From: the human T2T-CHM13v2.0 reference genome, Homo sapiens
Strand: one strand, 5' to 3'
Length of the DNA stretch: 64,000 nucleotides
Assembly (NCBI RefSeq): GCF_009914755.1
Contig: NC_060934.1
Numbering within the stretch: the first letter of the stretch is position 1; each line of letters starts with the position of its first letter. This document shows, one piece after another, positions 31,931 to 48,120 of this stretch. A model generated the notes under the pieces. That model saw only the letters and a list, made by a program, of their open reading frames with translations. It searched no databases and had not been told where the DNA came from. The translations under genes and the position numbers were made by a program.

Positions 31931-32550
31931 TATATTACTTACCTATTGTTGTGTAACAAATTACCCCAGAACTTGAGGGCTTAACACAAGCAACACGTTT
32001 TTGAATCTCAGTTTGTGTGGGTCAGAAATGAGGAGGCAAATTAGCTGAAAGTTTCTGTTTTAGGATCACTCACGAGGCGGCAATCAAGATGCTGCTGGGG
32101 CTGCTGTCATCCGAAGATTTCACTGTGCTTGGGGATTCACCCTCAAGTTCCCAACACGGCTGCACGGCTGTGGGAGGAGATCTTAGTCCCTCATGGCACT
32201 GAACTCTCCACAGAGCTGTTTGGGTGTCCCCTTGACATGACACCTGCTTTCTCCCAGAGGGAGTAATCCCAGGGACAGACGACAAGGCAGAAGCCACAGG
32301 TTTTTTGGGTTTTTTTTTGAGATGGAGTCTCGCTCTGTCACCCAGGCTGGAGTGCAGTGGCGCGATCTCGGCTCACTGCAAGCTCCGCCCCCCGGGTTCA
32401 CGCGAAGCCACAGGTCTTTTATGAGGTAGCCTCAGAAGCCACAAGTCATCATTTCTGCCATCTTGTATTAATCATGCAGACTAACTTGGATCCAGTGTGG
32501 GAGATGACTACCTAAGGGATGTGGGCTATCTTGAAGTCTGGCTACCAAAA
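31931..32550 (-). mobile_element. MLT1-family MaLR LTR
   Basis: TATTACTTACCTATTGTTGTGTAACAAATTACCCCAGAACTT...AGCCTCAGAAGCCACAAGTCATCATTTCTGCCAT. Confidence 0.7.
32302..32403 (-). mobile_element. Severely 5'-truncated AluY (~100 bp)
   Basis: TSD gaagccacaggt (32290-32301 / 32404-32415); most CpGs intact. Confidence 0.9.
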
Positions 32551-32800
32551 AGCTAAATCCAAAACAGCATAGTAAAAGGGAAATGGTAGCCATCAGAAGA
32601 TCTTTTGAATGATAGATATCAAGTGGAATTATAGGATATTAGAAATAAAAATTAGAGTCCTGGATCTAAAAACTTAAGGATGTAATCAAATTAATTCTCA
32701 GTGGAAAATGTATAGCCTCAATTTATTATTAGAAAAACCTAAAAGATAGAAAAATATATTATCTAAATATTCAACTGAAGTAATTATAAAAACTTTTACT

Positions 32801-32968
32801 GGCCAGGTGCAGTGGCTCATACCTGTATTCCCAGTGCTTTGGGAGGCCTGGTGGGAGGATGTCTTGAGCCCAAGAGTTCAAAGAGGCAGTGAGCTGTGAT
32901 CACACCACTGCACTCTAGCCTGGGTGACAGAGCAAGACCCTGTCTATTAAAAAAAAAAAAAAAAAAAA
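32801..32968 (+). mobile_element. Alu monomer (FRAM-like or left/right recombinant)
   Basis: Left-arm start fused to right-arm end, A tail. Confidence 0.8.
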
Positions 32969-32970
32969 TT

Positions 32971-33255
32971 CGCCCAGACTGGAGTGCACTGGTGCGATTT
33001 CGGCTCACTGCAAGCTTCGGCTCACTGCAAGCTCCGCCTCCCAGGTTCATGCCATTCTCCTGCCTCAGCCTCCCAAATAGCTGAGACTACAGGCGCAGGC
33101 CACCACACCTGGCTTTTTTTTTTTTTTTTGTATTTTTAGTAGAGATGGGGTTTCACTATGTTAGCGAGGATGGTCTCAATCTCCTGACCTCATGATCCAC
33201 CTGCCTCGGCCTCCCAAAGTGCTGGGATTACAGGCGTGAGCTACCGCACCCGGCC
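32971..33255 (-). mobile_element. AluY lacking tail, with an internal 17-bp tandem duplication
   Basis: Starts abruptly at CGCCCAG; tcggctcactgcaagct x2. Confidence 0.88.
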
Positions 33256-33433
33256 AGAAAATTCTTATTAACTTCTGCTTCTATCTGAAATCAGAGTTTT
33301 AGAAACATCTGTTTCTTTTAAAAAGCCAATAAAATTAGCAATCCTTTAAAAGTCTACTCAAGAACAAAAGAGAAAAGATACAAATAAAAACTAAAACCAG
33401 ACAGGGGAATACTACTTTAAAATTATAAGAAAG

Positions 33434-33631
<198 letters not shown>

Positions 33632-33661
33632 TTAATACATTTGAAAGTCTAGGTGAAATCA

Positions 33662-34422
<761 letters not shown>

Positions 34423-35188
34423 AAATCAACCTAACCCTGAAGCCAAAACAAGACAAGCACAATCTTATATAAATCATGAAGGAAGAAGGAAGGAAGGAAG
34501 GGAGAGGTAAGAGAGGAGAAGGAAAAGGAAGGGAAGAGGAAAGAAAAATATAATGGAATTACAGACTAATCTTATTTTTTTTCAAACTCAATTAAGGAAC
34601 TTATTTTTAAACCACAGCTAACATCATACTTGACCATGAGACTAAATGCTTTCTCCATCAGATTAGACACAAAATATTGTGATATCACAGGTCTGTCTTT
34701 AATTCAAAATGAACTATCCAAATAATACTCAGAAACAGTGACAAAAAAAGGACAACAAATGTAAATGACTCCCATGACACAATGGTGTATGATAAACTTG
34801 ACGTACTTACAAATTGACACCAGCTCTTCATTAGCAAAGAAAATGGAATAAAGTCATGTCAAAGCAGTAGTTTTCCCCATAATAAAGGAAAACGGAATAT
34901 ACATACTGGGTTAGAAATATCCAGAACTTGCCACATAACACCAATAAGAAAATCTCAATTCACAAAGTCTCATTTTTCAATGGCCCATTAATCACAGAAC
35001 AATTAAACACTGCATAAAAAATAAATTTCAATTCACCTATAGATCCAACACACTTTAAAATGGATAGAGAAAAATTTTTTAACTGTATTAGGATAAAAAC
35101 ACTTCCTATTAAGCCTCAGGTACCATGGCTTAAAGAGTACATACAGAATTCTCAACACAATGTTTCCTTGCAAAAGAAGTAGAAATCC

Positions 35189-35490
35189 AGCTGAGCAGGG
35201 TGGCTCAGTCACGCCTGTAATCCCAGCCCTTTGAGAGGCCAAGGTGGGCGGATCACCTGAGATCAGGAGTTCGAGACCAGCCTGGCCAACTTGGCGAAAC
35301 CCCATCTCTACTAACAATACAAAAATCAGCCAGGCGTGGTGGCAGGCACCTGTAGTCTCAGCTACTTGGAGGCCAAGGCAGGAGAATAGCTTGAACCCAG
35401 GAGGCAGAGGTTGCAATGAGCCAAGATTGCTCCACTGCTCTCCAGCCTGGGCAATAGAGCAAGACTCCATCTCAAAAAAAAAAAAAAAAA
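35189..35490 (+). mobile_element. AluS in the pseudogene 3' UTR
   Basis: TSD tagaaatcca. Confidence 0.92.
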
Positions 35491-36111
35491 TAGAAATCCA
35501 TCTTCCAGAAATCCTCTTTAAGAATGAGCCACTGATAAACACCATATATTGATAACTTTGTATCATAATTCATTTGTGGAGTTTTTAGCCTTTTACAATA
35601 ATTAATTTACATCAGGTTTTCCAAATTACTTACATTTGCAGGATTTCTTTCCAGTGGGAGTTTTCACATGATTTTTAAAGTAAATATTAAAATGGAAAAC
35701 TTTCCTGTATTTTCCATATTACTAAGGTTTCCACCCAGCATTCATTCTTCTATTTTATAATGTCCATCTCCAGCGTGCATTGCGGTGTGTCTTTGAATGG
35801 AGATGACAGCAAGGAAAGCATCCCCACATTCTGTATATTCGTAGGATTTTTCTCCAGAGCCCTTTCCCATGTTGGAAAGCAACTGAGAACATTAAATGCT
35901 TTACCATATGTTTTACATTTAGGGGGGTTTCTCCAGTGTGAGTCCTTTTATGATTTTGAATGGAACCAGGACATCTGAAGCCTTTACTACACTTTTTATA
36001 TTCTTTGAATTGTTTTCCAGGGTGGGTCTTTTCATGTCTTTAAAGAAAACTGGGAAAATTGAATGCATTCTGTACATCCACAGGATTTCTCTCCTGTATA
36101 AATGAGGTTCT

Positions 36112-37294
<1,183 letters not shown>

Positions 37295-38136
37295 TGAAAG
37301 GAACTGGAACAATCAAATGTTTTTCCACAGTGTTTACATTCACAGCATTTTTCTCCAGTGTGAATGTTTTCATGTATTTGAAAGTAAATGAAAACAGTGA
37401 AGGCTCTCACAATTTCTCTACATTTATAGAACCTCTTTCCAGTGTGAGTTCATTGTGAAATAAATACTGAAATTAAGGGCTTTGCCTCATAGCTTGCATT
37501 TATAACATCCCTTTCTAGTGCATATTACCATGAGTCTTGGACCACTTCTGGGAGAAATGGAGGCTCTCCCACATTGTTTATGTTTATGGGGCTTTTCTCC
37601 ATATTCCCCACCACACTCATATTGTTTGTGTCCAGAGTGAGCTCATGTGCCTATGAAGGAATGAATGATGTACAAAGACTTTTCCACACACACTGCCTTG
37701 CATGGTTTTACTCCAGTACGAATTTTCTTGTTCAGATGACAATCTGCTTTCTGGCTGCGGGTTTCTCCACATTGACTCCTTCTTTACATCCACAGAGTCT
37801 CTCCACCATATTATTTCGTAGCTTTCTCCCAAGATTTTGGGACAGATTTTCAATGTCCTGGCTTTCCATTTGATTCCTACAGACACCAGATTCCTGAAGG
37901 CTTCCAGCATTGCATTTCTGTAGAGATTCTTCCAGGAAGGTCCCAGCAAAGCCCACTCCTCCTGGGTGAAGTTCACAGCCACATTCTCAAAGCCTACTGA
38001 GTCCATTTCCAGCTTCCTGGTGTCCTGGCATCCTCTCTACGATTCAGGCAGCCACAGCAGGTCCCATGCAACAGAAGCTGCAGTATCAGGACCACCAGTG
38101 GCCTCCCAGAGGAATTGAAATCCCCTAATCTTATTT

Positions 38137-38400
38137 ACAATCTTAAATGCAAAAGTCATAAATAAGTTATTAGAAAATTGAATCCTACAGTACATAATAT
38201 ATTATGATTAAAAAGTTCTATCTAGGAATCAAATAATAGTCCAAATTTTAAATGAATTAATTTTTTAAATGAATTTATGTAACTGTGAAACAACATTAAT
38301 AAACTAAAAGAAAAAATTATATAACCAACTCAAAAGTGCTAAAGAAGGATTTAATAAAATTCAACATTTTATTCAAATTAAGTAAGTTAAAACTTTAGTA
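38137..38400 (+). mobile_element. Ancient L1M ORF2 fragment (host of the retrocopy; left part ends near 34577)
   Basis: Joining the flanks gives ATTACAGACTAATCTTATTTACAATCTTAAATGCAAAAGTCATAAATAAGTTATTAGAAAATTGAATC, resembling the L1 RT '[23 protein letters not shown]' region. Confidence 0.65.
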
Positions 38401-38484
38401 GCTCATAGTAGACATTTTTTAAAACTCTGCCCAGCACTCATTCACTCTTTTGTTGGGTTTTTAGGGAACCACCATGAGGTACAC

Positions 38485-41472
38485 TGTATTTTGGGGGTCC
38501 CAACGAACCATACCTCCCATGCTCACACCTTTGTGTATTTCTCTCTCACATTTACTCTGAACTTGGCCATGTGACCAGTTTGGGCCAAATTAATTTTTAA
38601 AAAACTTTTATTTTAGGTTCAGGGGTAATTGTACAGGTTTGTTTTATAGATAAACTCACGTCACGAAAGATTGTTGTACAAATTATTTCATGACCCAGGT
38701 ACTAAGACTAGTACTCAATAAGTATTTTTTCTGATCCTCTCCCCCTCGCACCCTTCACCCTCAAGTAGGCCCCCACATCTGTTGTTTCCCTCGCTGTATC
38801 CATGTGTTCTCATCATTTAGCTCCTACTTACAAATGAGAACATGTGGTTATTTGTTTCTGTTTCTGGGTTAGTTTGCTAAGGATAACGGCCTGCAGCTCC
38901 ATCCATATTCCTGCAAAGGATATGATCTTGTTCTTTTTTATGGCTGCATAGTATTCCATGGTGTACATGTGCCACATTTTCTTATCCAGTCTATCATTGA
39001 GGAGCATTTGTGTTGATTCCATTTCTTTGCTATTGTGAATAGTGCTGCAATGAACATGCACGTGCATGTGTCTTTATGATAGAATGATTTATATTCCTTT
39101 GGGTATAGACCCAGTAATGGGATTGCTGGGTCAAACGGTAGTTCTGTCTTCAGCCCTTTTAGGGATTGCCACACTGCTTTTCACAATGGTTGAACAAATT
39201 TATGCTCCCAAAACAGTATATAAGTGTTCCCTTTTCTCACAACCTTGCCAGCATCTGTCATTTTTTGACTTTTAATAACAGCCATTCTGACTGGTGTGAG
39301 ATGGTACCTCATTGTGGTTTTGATTTGTATTTCTGTAATAATCAGTGACTTTCTTTCATATGCTTGTTGGCTGCATGTATATCTTCTTTTGAAAAGTGTT
39401 CATGCCTTTGCTCACTTTTTAATGAGGTGATTTGTTTTTTTCCTGTAAGTTTGTTTAAGTTCCAATGTAGATGCTGGATATTAGGCCTTTGTCAGATACA
39501 GTCTGCAAAAATTTTCTCCCATTCTGTAGGTTGTCTGTTCACTCTGTTGATAGTTTATTTTGCTGCGCAGAAGATCTTTAGTTTAATTAGATCCCATTTG
39601 TCAATTGTTGCTTTTCTTGCATTACTTTTGGTGTCTTCATCATGAAATATTTGCCCTTTCCTATGTCCAGAATGGTATTGCCTATGTTGTCTTCCAGGGT
39701 TTTTATAGTTTGGGGTTTTACATTTAAGTCTTTTATCCATCTTGAGTTGATGTTTGTATGTGGTGTAAAGAAGGGGGCTGGTTTCAATCTTCTGCATATG
39801 GATAGCCAGTTATCCCAGCACCATTTATTGAATAGGGAGTTCTTTCCCTATCGCTTATTTTGTCAGCTTTGTTGAAGATCAGATGGTTATATGTGTTTGG
39901 TCTTATTCCTGGGCTCTCTATTCTGTTCCATTGGTCTATGTGTCTGTTTTTGTACCAGAACCATGCTGTTCTGGTTAATGTAGCCCTGTAGTATAGTTTG
40001 AAGTCAGGTAGCATGATGCCTGCTTTGTTCTTTTGCTTAGGATTGACTTGGCTATTTGGGCTCTTTTTTGGTTCCATATGAATTTTAAAATCATTTTTTC
40101 CACTTCTGTGAAAAATGTCATTAGTAATTTGATAGGAATAGCAGGCAGTATGATCATTTTAACAATATTGAGTCTTCCTAACCATAAGCATGAAATATTT
40201 TTCCATTTGTGTCGTCTCTGATTTCTTTGAGTAGTGTTTCATAATTCTCATCGTAGAGATCTTTCACCTTCCTGGTTAGCTATATTCCTGGTATTTTCTT
40301 CTTTTTGTGGCAATTGCGAATGGGATTGGGTTCCTGATTAGGCTCTTGGCTTGGCTGTTGTTGGTGTATGGGAATGCCAGTGATTTCTGTATATTAATTT
40401 TGTATTCTGAAATTTTGTTGAAGTTGCTTAAAAGCTCAGGGAGCTTTTGATAAGACTATGGGGTTTTCTAGATATAGAATCATGTAGCCTGCAAAGAGGG
40501 ATAGTTTCACTTCCCTCTCTTTCTTTTTGGATGCCCTTTATTTCTTTCTCCCATCTGTTTGCTCTAGCCAGGACTTCTAACACTATGTTGAATAGGAGTG
40601 ATAAAGCAGGGCATCCTTGCCTTGTGCCAGTTTTCAAGGGGAATGCTTCCAGTTTTTGCCCACTAAATATGATCGTGGCTGTAGGTTTGTCATAGATGGC
40701 TCTTATTATTTTGAGGTATGTTCCTTCAATACCTAGTTTGTTGAGAGTTTTTAACATGAAGGGATGTTGAATTTTGTCCAAAGCCTTTTCTGCATCTATT
40801 AAGTTAATTATGTGGTTTTCATCTTTAGTTCTGTTTATGTGATGAATCATGTTTATTGATTTGCATATGTTGAACCAGCCTTGCATACCAGGGATAAATC
40901 CTACTTGATCATGTTAGATTAGCTTTCTGGTGTGCTGCTGGATTCTATTTGTTAGTATTTTGTTGAGAATTTTTGTATCAATGTTCATCAAGGATATTGG
41001 CCTGAAGTTTATGTTTTTTGTTGTGTCTCTGCCAGGTTTTGGTATCAGGATGATGCTGGTTCATAGAATGAGTTGAGGAGCAGTCCCTCCTCCTCACAAA
41101 TTGATATTATTAAATGTTGCAAAGCAGAGGCTTCATAAGCATTTGCATATTGGTGATTGTTCTCTAAGAATGCTCATTCTTGGAACCTAGCTGACATATT
41201 CTGAGGAAGTCCAAGCAGTCACATGGGAGAGATCCACATCAAAGAAAAATGAGGGTTTCAGCTGACAGCCCCATTTAAGACCCAGGTAGAGACCAACTGT
41301 CAGCCATGGGAGTGAAGCAATTCTGGACCTTCCAACCACCAAGTCTAGCTCCCCAGCCAATACCATGTGACACAGAAGATCTACAATCTACAAATCATGA
41401 ACAACAACAAATGATTGTTTTAAGCCACGAAATGTGGTGGTAGTTTGATATAACATGGCAGAGAACTGAAAC
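38485..41472 (+). mobile_element. MLT1-family LTR split by an L1PA (pieces ~38485-38590 and ~41096-41472)
   Basis: TTGGCCATGTGACCAGTTTGGGCCAA | ...TTGTTTTAAGCCACGAAATGTGGTGGTAGTTTG...AACTGAAACA; caaatt on both sides of the L1. Confidence 0.7.
38600..41095 (-). mobile_element. 5'-truncated L1PA (about L1PA13-16): ORF2 RT/C-terminal part and 3' UTR, disrupted
   Basis: ORF fragments [22 protein letters not shown]..., LKTELPFDPAIPLLGLYPKEYKSF, YTMEYYAAIKKN; L1PA 3' UTR. Confidence 0.93.
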
Positions 41473-41593
41473 ACTTTCAACATAAACATTGTCACAAAAA
41501 ATGTAGAAGTTGTCAGCAAATAAATGTTGCAACATAAACATATGACCCAACCATAGTTCAGGTTGGGTCAGCGGTATTCCAGCCGATTAAAAG

Positions 41594-41815
41594 AAGGGTT
41601 GGCAAACATTTTCTATAGCGAACACAAGATAGTAAATAGTTTAAGCTTTTTGATCTCTGTTCCATATGATCTCTGTTCAACTACTCAGCCTGCCATTATA
41701 GCACAAAAGAAGTTATAGACAAAACACAATTGAATTGTATGGTACTTCCCAATAAAACTTTATTTACAAAAACAGGCAGCAAACTGGATTTGACCAAGGG
41801 GCTATAGCTACCAAC
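41594..41815. mobile_element. MER58A-like hAT DNA transposon
   Basis: AGGGTTGGCAAAC...CAACTACTCAG..TGCCATTATAGCACAAAAG...CCAATAAAACTTTATTTACAAAAACAGGCAG. Confidence 0.8.
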
Positions 41816-41899
41816 GCTTCATTAAGTGTATCACATTACTTGGCTGTAGGGTTTGGTTTATACAAACCCACTGTGGAAGCGAGAGGAAGAACAGAATCC

Positions 41900-42990
41900 T
41901 GTGTGAGTTATAGATTGTGGTATAAGCCAATAATAGTGTCATTAGCTAAGAAAGGAATGCTGAAAACGGAGTAGACTTGGAGGCAGGGCTCAGAATTAAG
42001 AGTATGATTTTGGCTTCATTAAGGTTGAGATGTCTCTGAGATATCCAAATGGATATAGGAGTATGTATTTGAACACTCTAGAAAGAAGTTTGGCAAACAT
42101 AAATGTAGAAGTTGTCAGCAAATAAACTGTACTTGAAGCCATCGAACTGGGTAGAAAAGAGGGCTGAGGACTAAGCTCAAGCTCACCAGGACTTTCCACA
42201 TACAGAGACAAAAATGAGGAAGAGAAGTAAGTGATATAGTTTGCATGTCTGTCCCCTCCAAATCTCATGCTGAAATGTAATCCCCAGTGCTGGGGGTGGG
42301 GTCTGGTGGGGGGTGATCGGGTCACATGGCAGATCTTTCAGGAATGGCTTAGCACCATCTCCTTGGTGATGAGTGGGTTCTCGCTCAGTTCACACAAGAT
42401 CTGGTTGTTTAAAAGAGTCTAGGACCTCCTTCTTCTCTCTCTCTTACTCCCTCTCTTGCTCCTACTCTTGCCATGTGATGCACCCATTCTCGCTTTGCCT
42501 TTCGCCATGAGTAAATGCTTCCTGAGGCCTCCCCAGAAGCAGAGCAGATGCCAGCACCGTGCCTGCACAGCCTGCAGAACTATGAGCATATTAAACCTCT
42601 TTTCTTTATAAATTACCCAGGAGCTGGTATTTCTTCATAGCAGCACAAGAACAGACCAACACAGCAAGTAAAGAAAACTAAAAAGGAGTGGCCAATGAAG
42701 AGGGAATAAGGCCAAAAGAGCATGATGCCCCAGATGCCAAGCAGAGAGAGGGATTGAAGGAAAGATGGTCAAGTGGATAATAATAGGTAATGCTCTGAGA
42801 TGAGGACAGTGAATTACCAAGTGGATTTGGCACAATAGAGGTCTCTGATAACTTCAACTTGAGGAGTTTTAGTGGTGTGGGGTGGGTACAGGGAACAAAA
42901 GCACATATGGCATAAGAGTGGCATAAATTGACATAAGAGTAATGATGGGCTAGGGAGTAGAAACAAGGAGTATAGGCATGTTTTTTCAGG
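41900..42990 (-). mobile_element. L2 fragments flanking the MST LTR
   Basis: GTTGAGATGTCTCTGAGATATCCAAATGGA; GTGGATTTGGCACAATAGAGGTC. Confidence 0.6.
42232..42663 (+). mobile_element. MSTB-like MaLR solo LTR
   Basis: TGATATAGTTTGCATGTCTGTCCCCTCCAAATCTCATG...ACAGACCAACACA; 5-bp TSD gtaag/gcaag. Confidence 0.88.
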
Positions 42991-43762
42991 GAGCCACAAG
43001 AGGTGTTTTGTTTAAGTGTGATGTTGTGCCAAGTGTTGCTAGGTCTCTGGAATCCATATGGTCATACAATTTGGAAGGAAAATAAAGAATTGTAGAAAAT
43101 GGAAGAATTTTTTTTAATAGGAAATTTTCCTAGAACCAGCAGCAGAAGTTTCCTATTAGTATGTAGGAAGGAAAGTATTCAAATGAAATTCCAGAACTCT
43201 CACTAATATCTACCAGAAATCCAGAACAACATCATTTTTAATAACAAAATAGAAACATTAAAATTAGGATCAAATCAAGAATGTCGAGAAACACTGCTGT
43301 TATTCCACATTGTATTAGAGCCCTAGCCGATGCAGTAGATGCAAAAAATAAGATAAGATGTAATATTTGAAAGAGAGACTTTCATTATTTATATGCTGTA
43401 AAATCAGTGGTATGATGATATATGATAAACAACTGGTTCTGAGTGTAGTTTCCAGTATGAATGTTGGTTGATGGTTTTATTTATATATGAACAACTTAAA
43501 ATTAAAATGGAACAACTTGAAATTAAAGTGAAACAACTTGCCTGAACTTCACTTGTTGGTCAATGATATGAGCAACTTCTTGGTTAAATTGAAAAATCGT
43601 TTTTGAATACTTCAAGAGTATTTATTTCCTCAATTTTTTGTGTTTTTCACAATGTAATGACTACAGGTATGACACATTCACAAGTTTAATCTCTGTGTTG
43701 TCTGTTTTGTGTCATCCTAACAAAATATCTGAGACTGGGTAATTTATAAAGAAAAGAGATTT

Positions 43763-44274
<512 letters not shown>

Positions 44275-45165
44275 TTAGCTCACACAGTTCTGCAGGCTGG
44301 GAAGTTCAAGGGCATGGCCTTGGTTTCTGGCAAGGTCTTTTGTACTGCATCATAACGTGGTAGAGAACATCAAAGGGGAAGTGGACATGTGTGAAGAGAG
44401 ACAAAAATCTGAAACACATCCTGGGTTTATAACAACCCACTCTCTTGGGAACTACTCTGTTCCCTCGAGAACTAATCCAGTCTCATTGGAGTGAGGACTC
44501 ATTCAATACTGTGAGAATGGCACCAAAACATTAATGAGGGACCCATCCCCTGACCCCCAGCACCACCACATTGGGGATTAAACTTCACCATGAGTTTTGG
44601 TGGGAACAAACACAAACCATGTCCAAACCATAGAAATTTCCATTATTAACATTTTCTCCATTACATTATTAAGTCTAGACAGTTAACAAAACAATAAATC
44701 AAGACCTAAATGGTAACATTTGCTGGTTTCTGTAGTGTAAATACAGTACTCCTGTGATGGTTGCTTTCAACCTACCAGAGGGACATCACTGAATGTGGAG
44801 CTGGAAGAGACACAATAGCATACTGTCATAAAGAATTTCCATTATATAGAAACAGAAGAAATAAATAACCTCAAGAGCATAGATAATAGTAAAATGTAAG
44901 AAAACAATTAGGACATGATGAGTTTTGAGCATTTATTACCTTAGTCTTTTATATAATCTATTTAATTGTAAGTTTACATAATTTAACTCTTTTTTAACAT
45001 TTTTTGCTTATTTTAAATTATTATTGGCATTCTAATGTATTTTTTAGTTTATTTACATAATTTAATTCTTAATAATGGCTATGTTTAACAACCACCTCAC
45101 AAAATTTCTGAAAACTTAATAATCAAGTCTCATAAACTGGCATAAGCCAGCTCTATGGCATCACA

Positions 45166-46510
<1,345 letters not shown>

Positions 46511-46523
46511 AGAAAAATCTAAG

Positions 46524-46822
46524 TCATCTCTGTCCAATAGAAATATCACGTGAGCTACATATGTAATTTTAAATTTTTTATTAGTCACATTAAAATTATT
46601 TAAAGCAGTATCTCTTATTACATTGATATGTAATCAATATAAGAATATTAATGAGATATTAAGATAACCAATATAAAAATATTAGTGAGATCTTTTGTTT
46701 AGACCAAGTCGTTGAAATTTCTGTGTATCTTACACTGACAGCACAACCCAATTTAGGCTGTCCACTTTTCAAGTGCTCAGTGTCCACATTTGGCTGGTGA
46801 TAATCAAATTAGACAGCACAGG
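46524..46822. mobile_element. MER33-like hAT-Charlie element
   Basis: TGTCCAATAGAAATAT...ATGTAATTTTAAATTTT...TTTCAAGTGCTCA...TTAGACAGCACAG. Confidence 0.8.
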
Positions 46823-47017
46823 TCTAAGCAATTCACAAAATAAATATGAGTGGCCAGTAGACTAAACTATTTCTTCATTGAGGAAATGCAAATGAAAGAA
46901 ACAAGATGCCACATTTCACCCACCGCATTGACCAACACTGAAAAACCGAAAATTATTTAAAACTTGTCTTAGCTACAAAGAAGTTTGTTATAGGATTGCT
47001 TGTAATAGCAAAAAGAA

Positions 47018-47235
47018 GCCTAGGCAACATGGTAAGATCTTGCCTCTACAAAAACTTTAGAAACTAGGCAGATGTGGCGGCATACAACTGTAGTCCAAAG
47101 CTACTTGGGAGGCTGAGGGAGGAGGATCACCTGAGCCCAGGAGATCAAGGTTGCAGTGAGTCATGATTGTGTCACTTCACTCCAGCCTAGGTGATAGAGT
47201 GACACCTTGTCTCAAAAAATATAAAATAAAATAAA
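47018..47235 (+). mobile_element. 5'-truncated AluJ
   Basis: Partial left arm plus right arm. Confidence 0.85.
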
Positions 47236-47807
47236 CAGCAAAAAGGAAAGAAGAAAATGAAGAAAAGGGGGAGGAAGGGGAAGAAATAGCTCAAGTAGCA
47301 GACTGAGTTAAGCAGGTTAGAGTGCACTCCTGCAATGGAACTTACTTGGTGATTTTAATACATTATTTCAGCTATGGATATTGACATAAAAAACTCTCTT
47401 AAAAAAAACAGTAGACAAACCAACTTGTGGGACATTTTATGTAATATGATTAATATAACATACAACATTTTTATGTTCATATATACATAGATTCCTAAAT
47501 GCATGGAAAGGTGATCTGAAAGGCTGTAAACCAAAGTATTAATAGTCCTCTAGGGTAGGAAGGGGTATGGTGGATGGGCCTGTTGACAGTGGGAGTGGGA
47601 GCTTTCATTTTGCAGTGTATAAATTTTTGCATTAGCACATGTCATATTTGCAACTGGAAGAAGTTTTAAATATGGGAGGCTCAATAAGCCACAGTTGAGA
47701 ATTCAGAGTTCTCTGGCATCCATGTTTTATGGAACCAGCCCCCTCAGTTGTTCCATTTCTGAGAAATATGCTGAGGCCATCCTAGGAAAGGATCACTTAA
47801 AATCCCA

Positions 47808-48120
47808 TTTTTTTTTTTTTTTTTTTTTTGAGACAGAGTCTCGCTCTGTCAACCAGGCTGGAGTGCAATGGTGCGACCTCAGCTCACCGCAAGCTCCGCC
47901 TCCTGGGTTCAGGCCATTCTCCTGCCTTCTCCTGCCTCCGCCTCCCGAGTAGCTGGGACTACAGGCCCCCGCCACCACGCCTGGCTAATTTTTTGTATTT
48001 TTAATAGAGACAGGGTTTCACCATGTTAGACAGGATGGTCTCGATCTCCTGACCTCGTGATCCGCCCGCCTCGGCCTCCCAAAGTGCCGGTATTACAGGC
48101 GTGAGCCACTGCACCCAGCC
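47808..48120 (-). mobile_element. AluY
   Basis: GCAAGCTCCGCC, CCATTCTCC; internal ttctcctgcc duplication. Confidence 0.92.

Noticed and set aside
31937-31944. Perfect minus-strand splice donor AG|GTAAGT
   Set aside because: Lies in the terminus of an MLT1 LTR; no supporting exon evidence from sequence alone
37617-38006. 129-aa KRAB-A-containing ORF as a functional KRAB-only gene
   Set aside because: Frameshifts after ~48 codons; conserved KRAB residues are altered (FEDV>FENV, RDV>RNA); no evident promoter; treated as pseudogene
38828-40886. Reverse-transcriptase-like ORFs
   Set aside because: Fragments of a 5'-truncated, frameshifted L1PA ORF2; not active or domesticated
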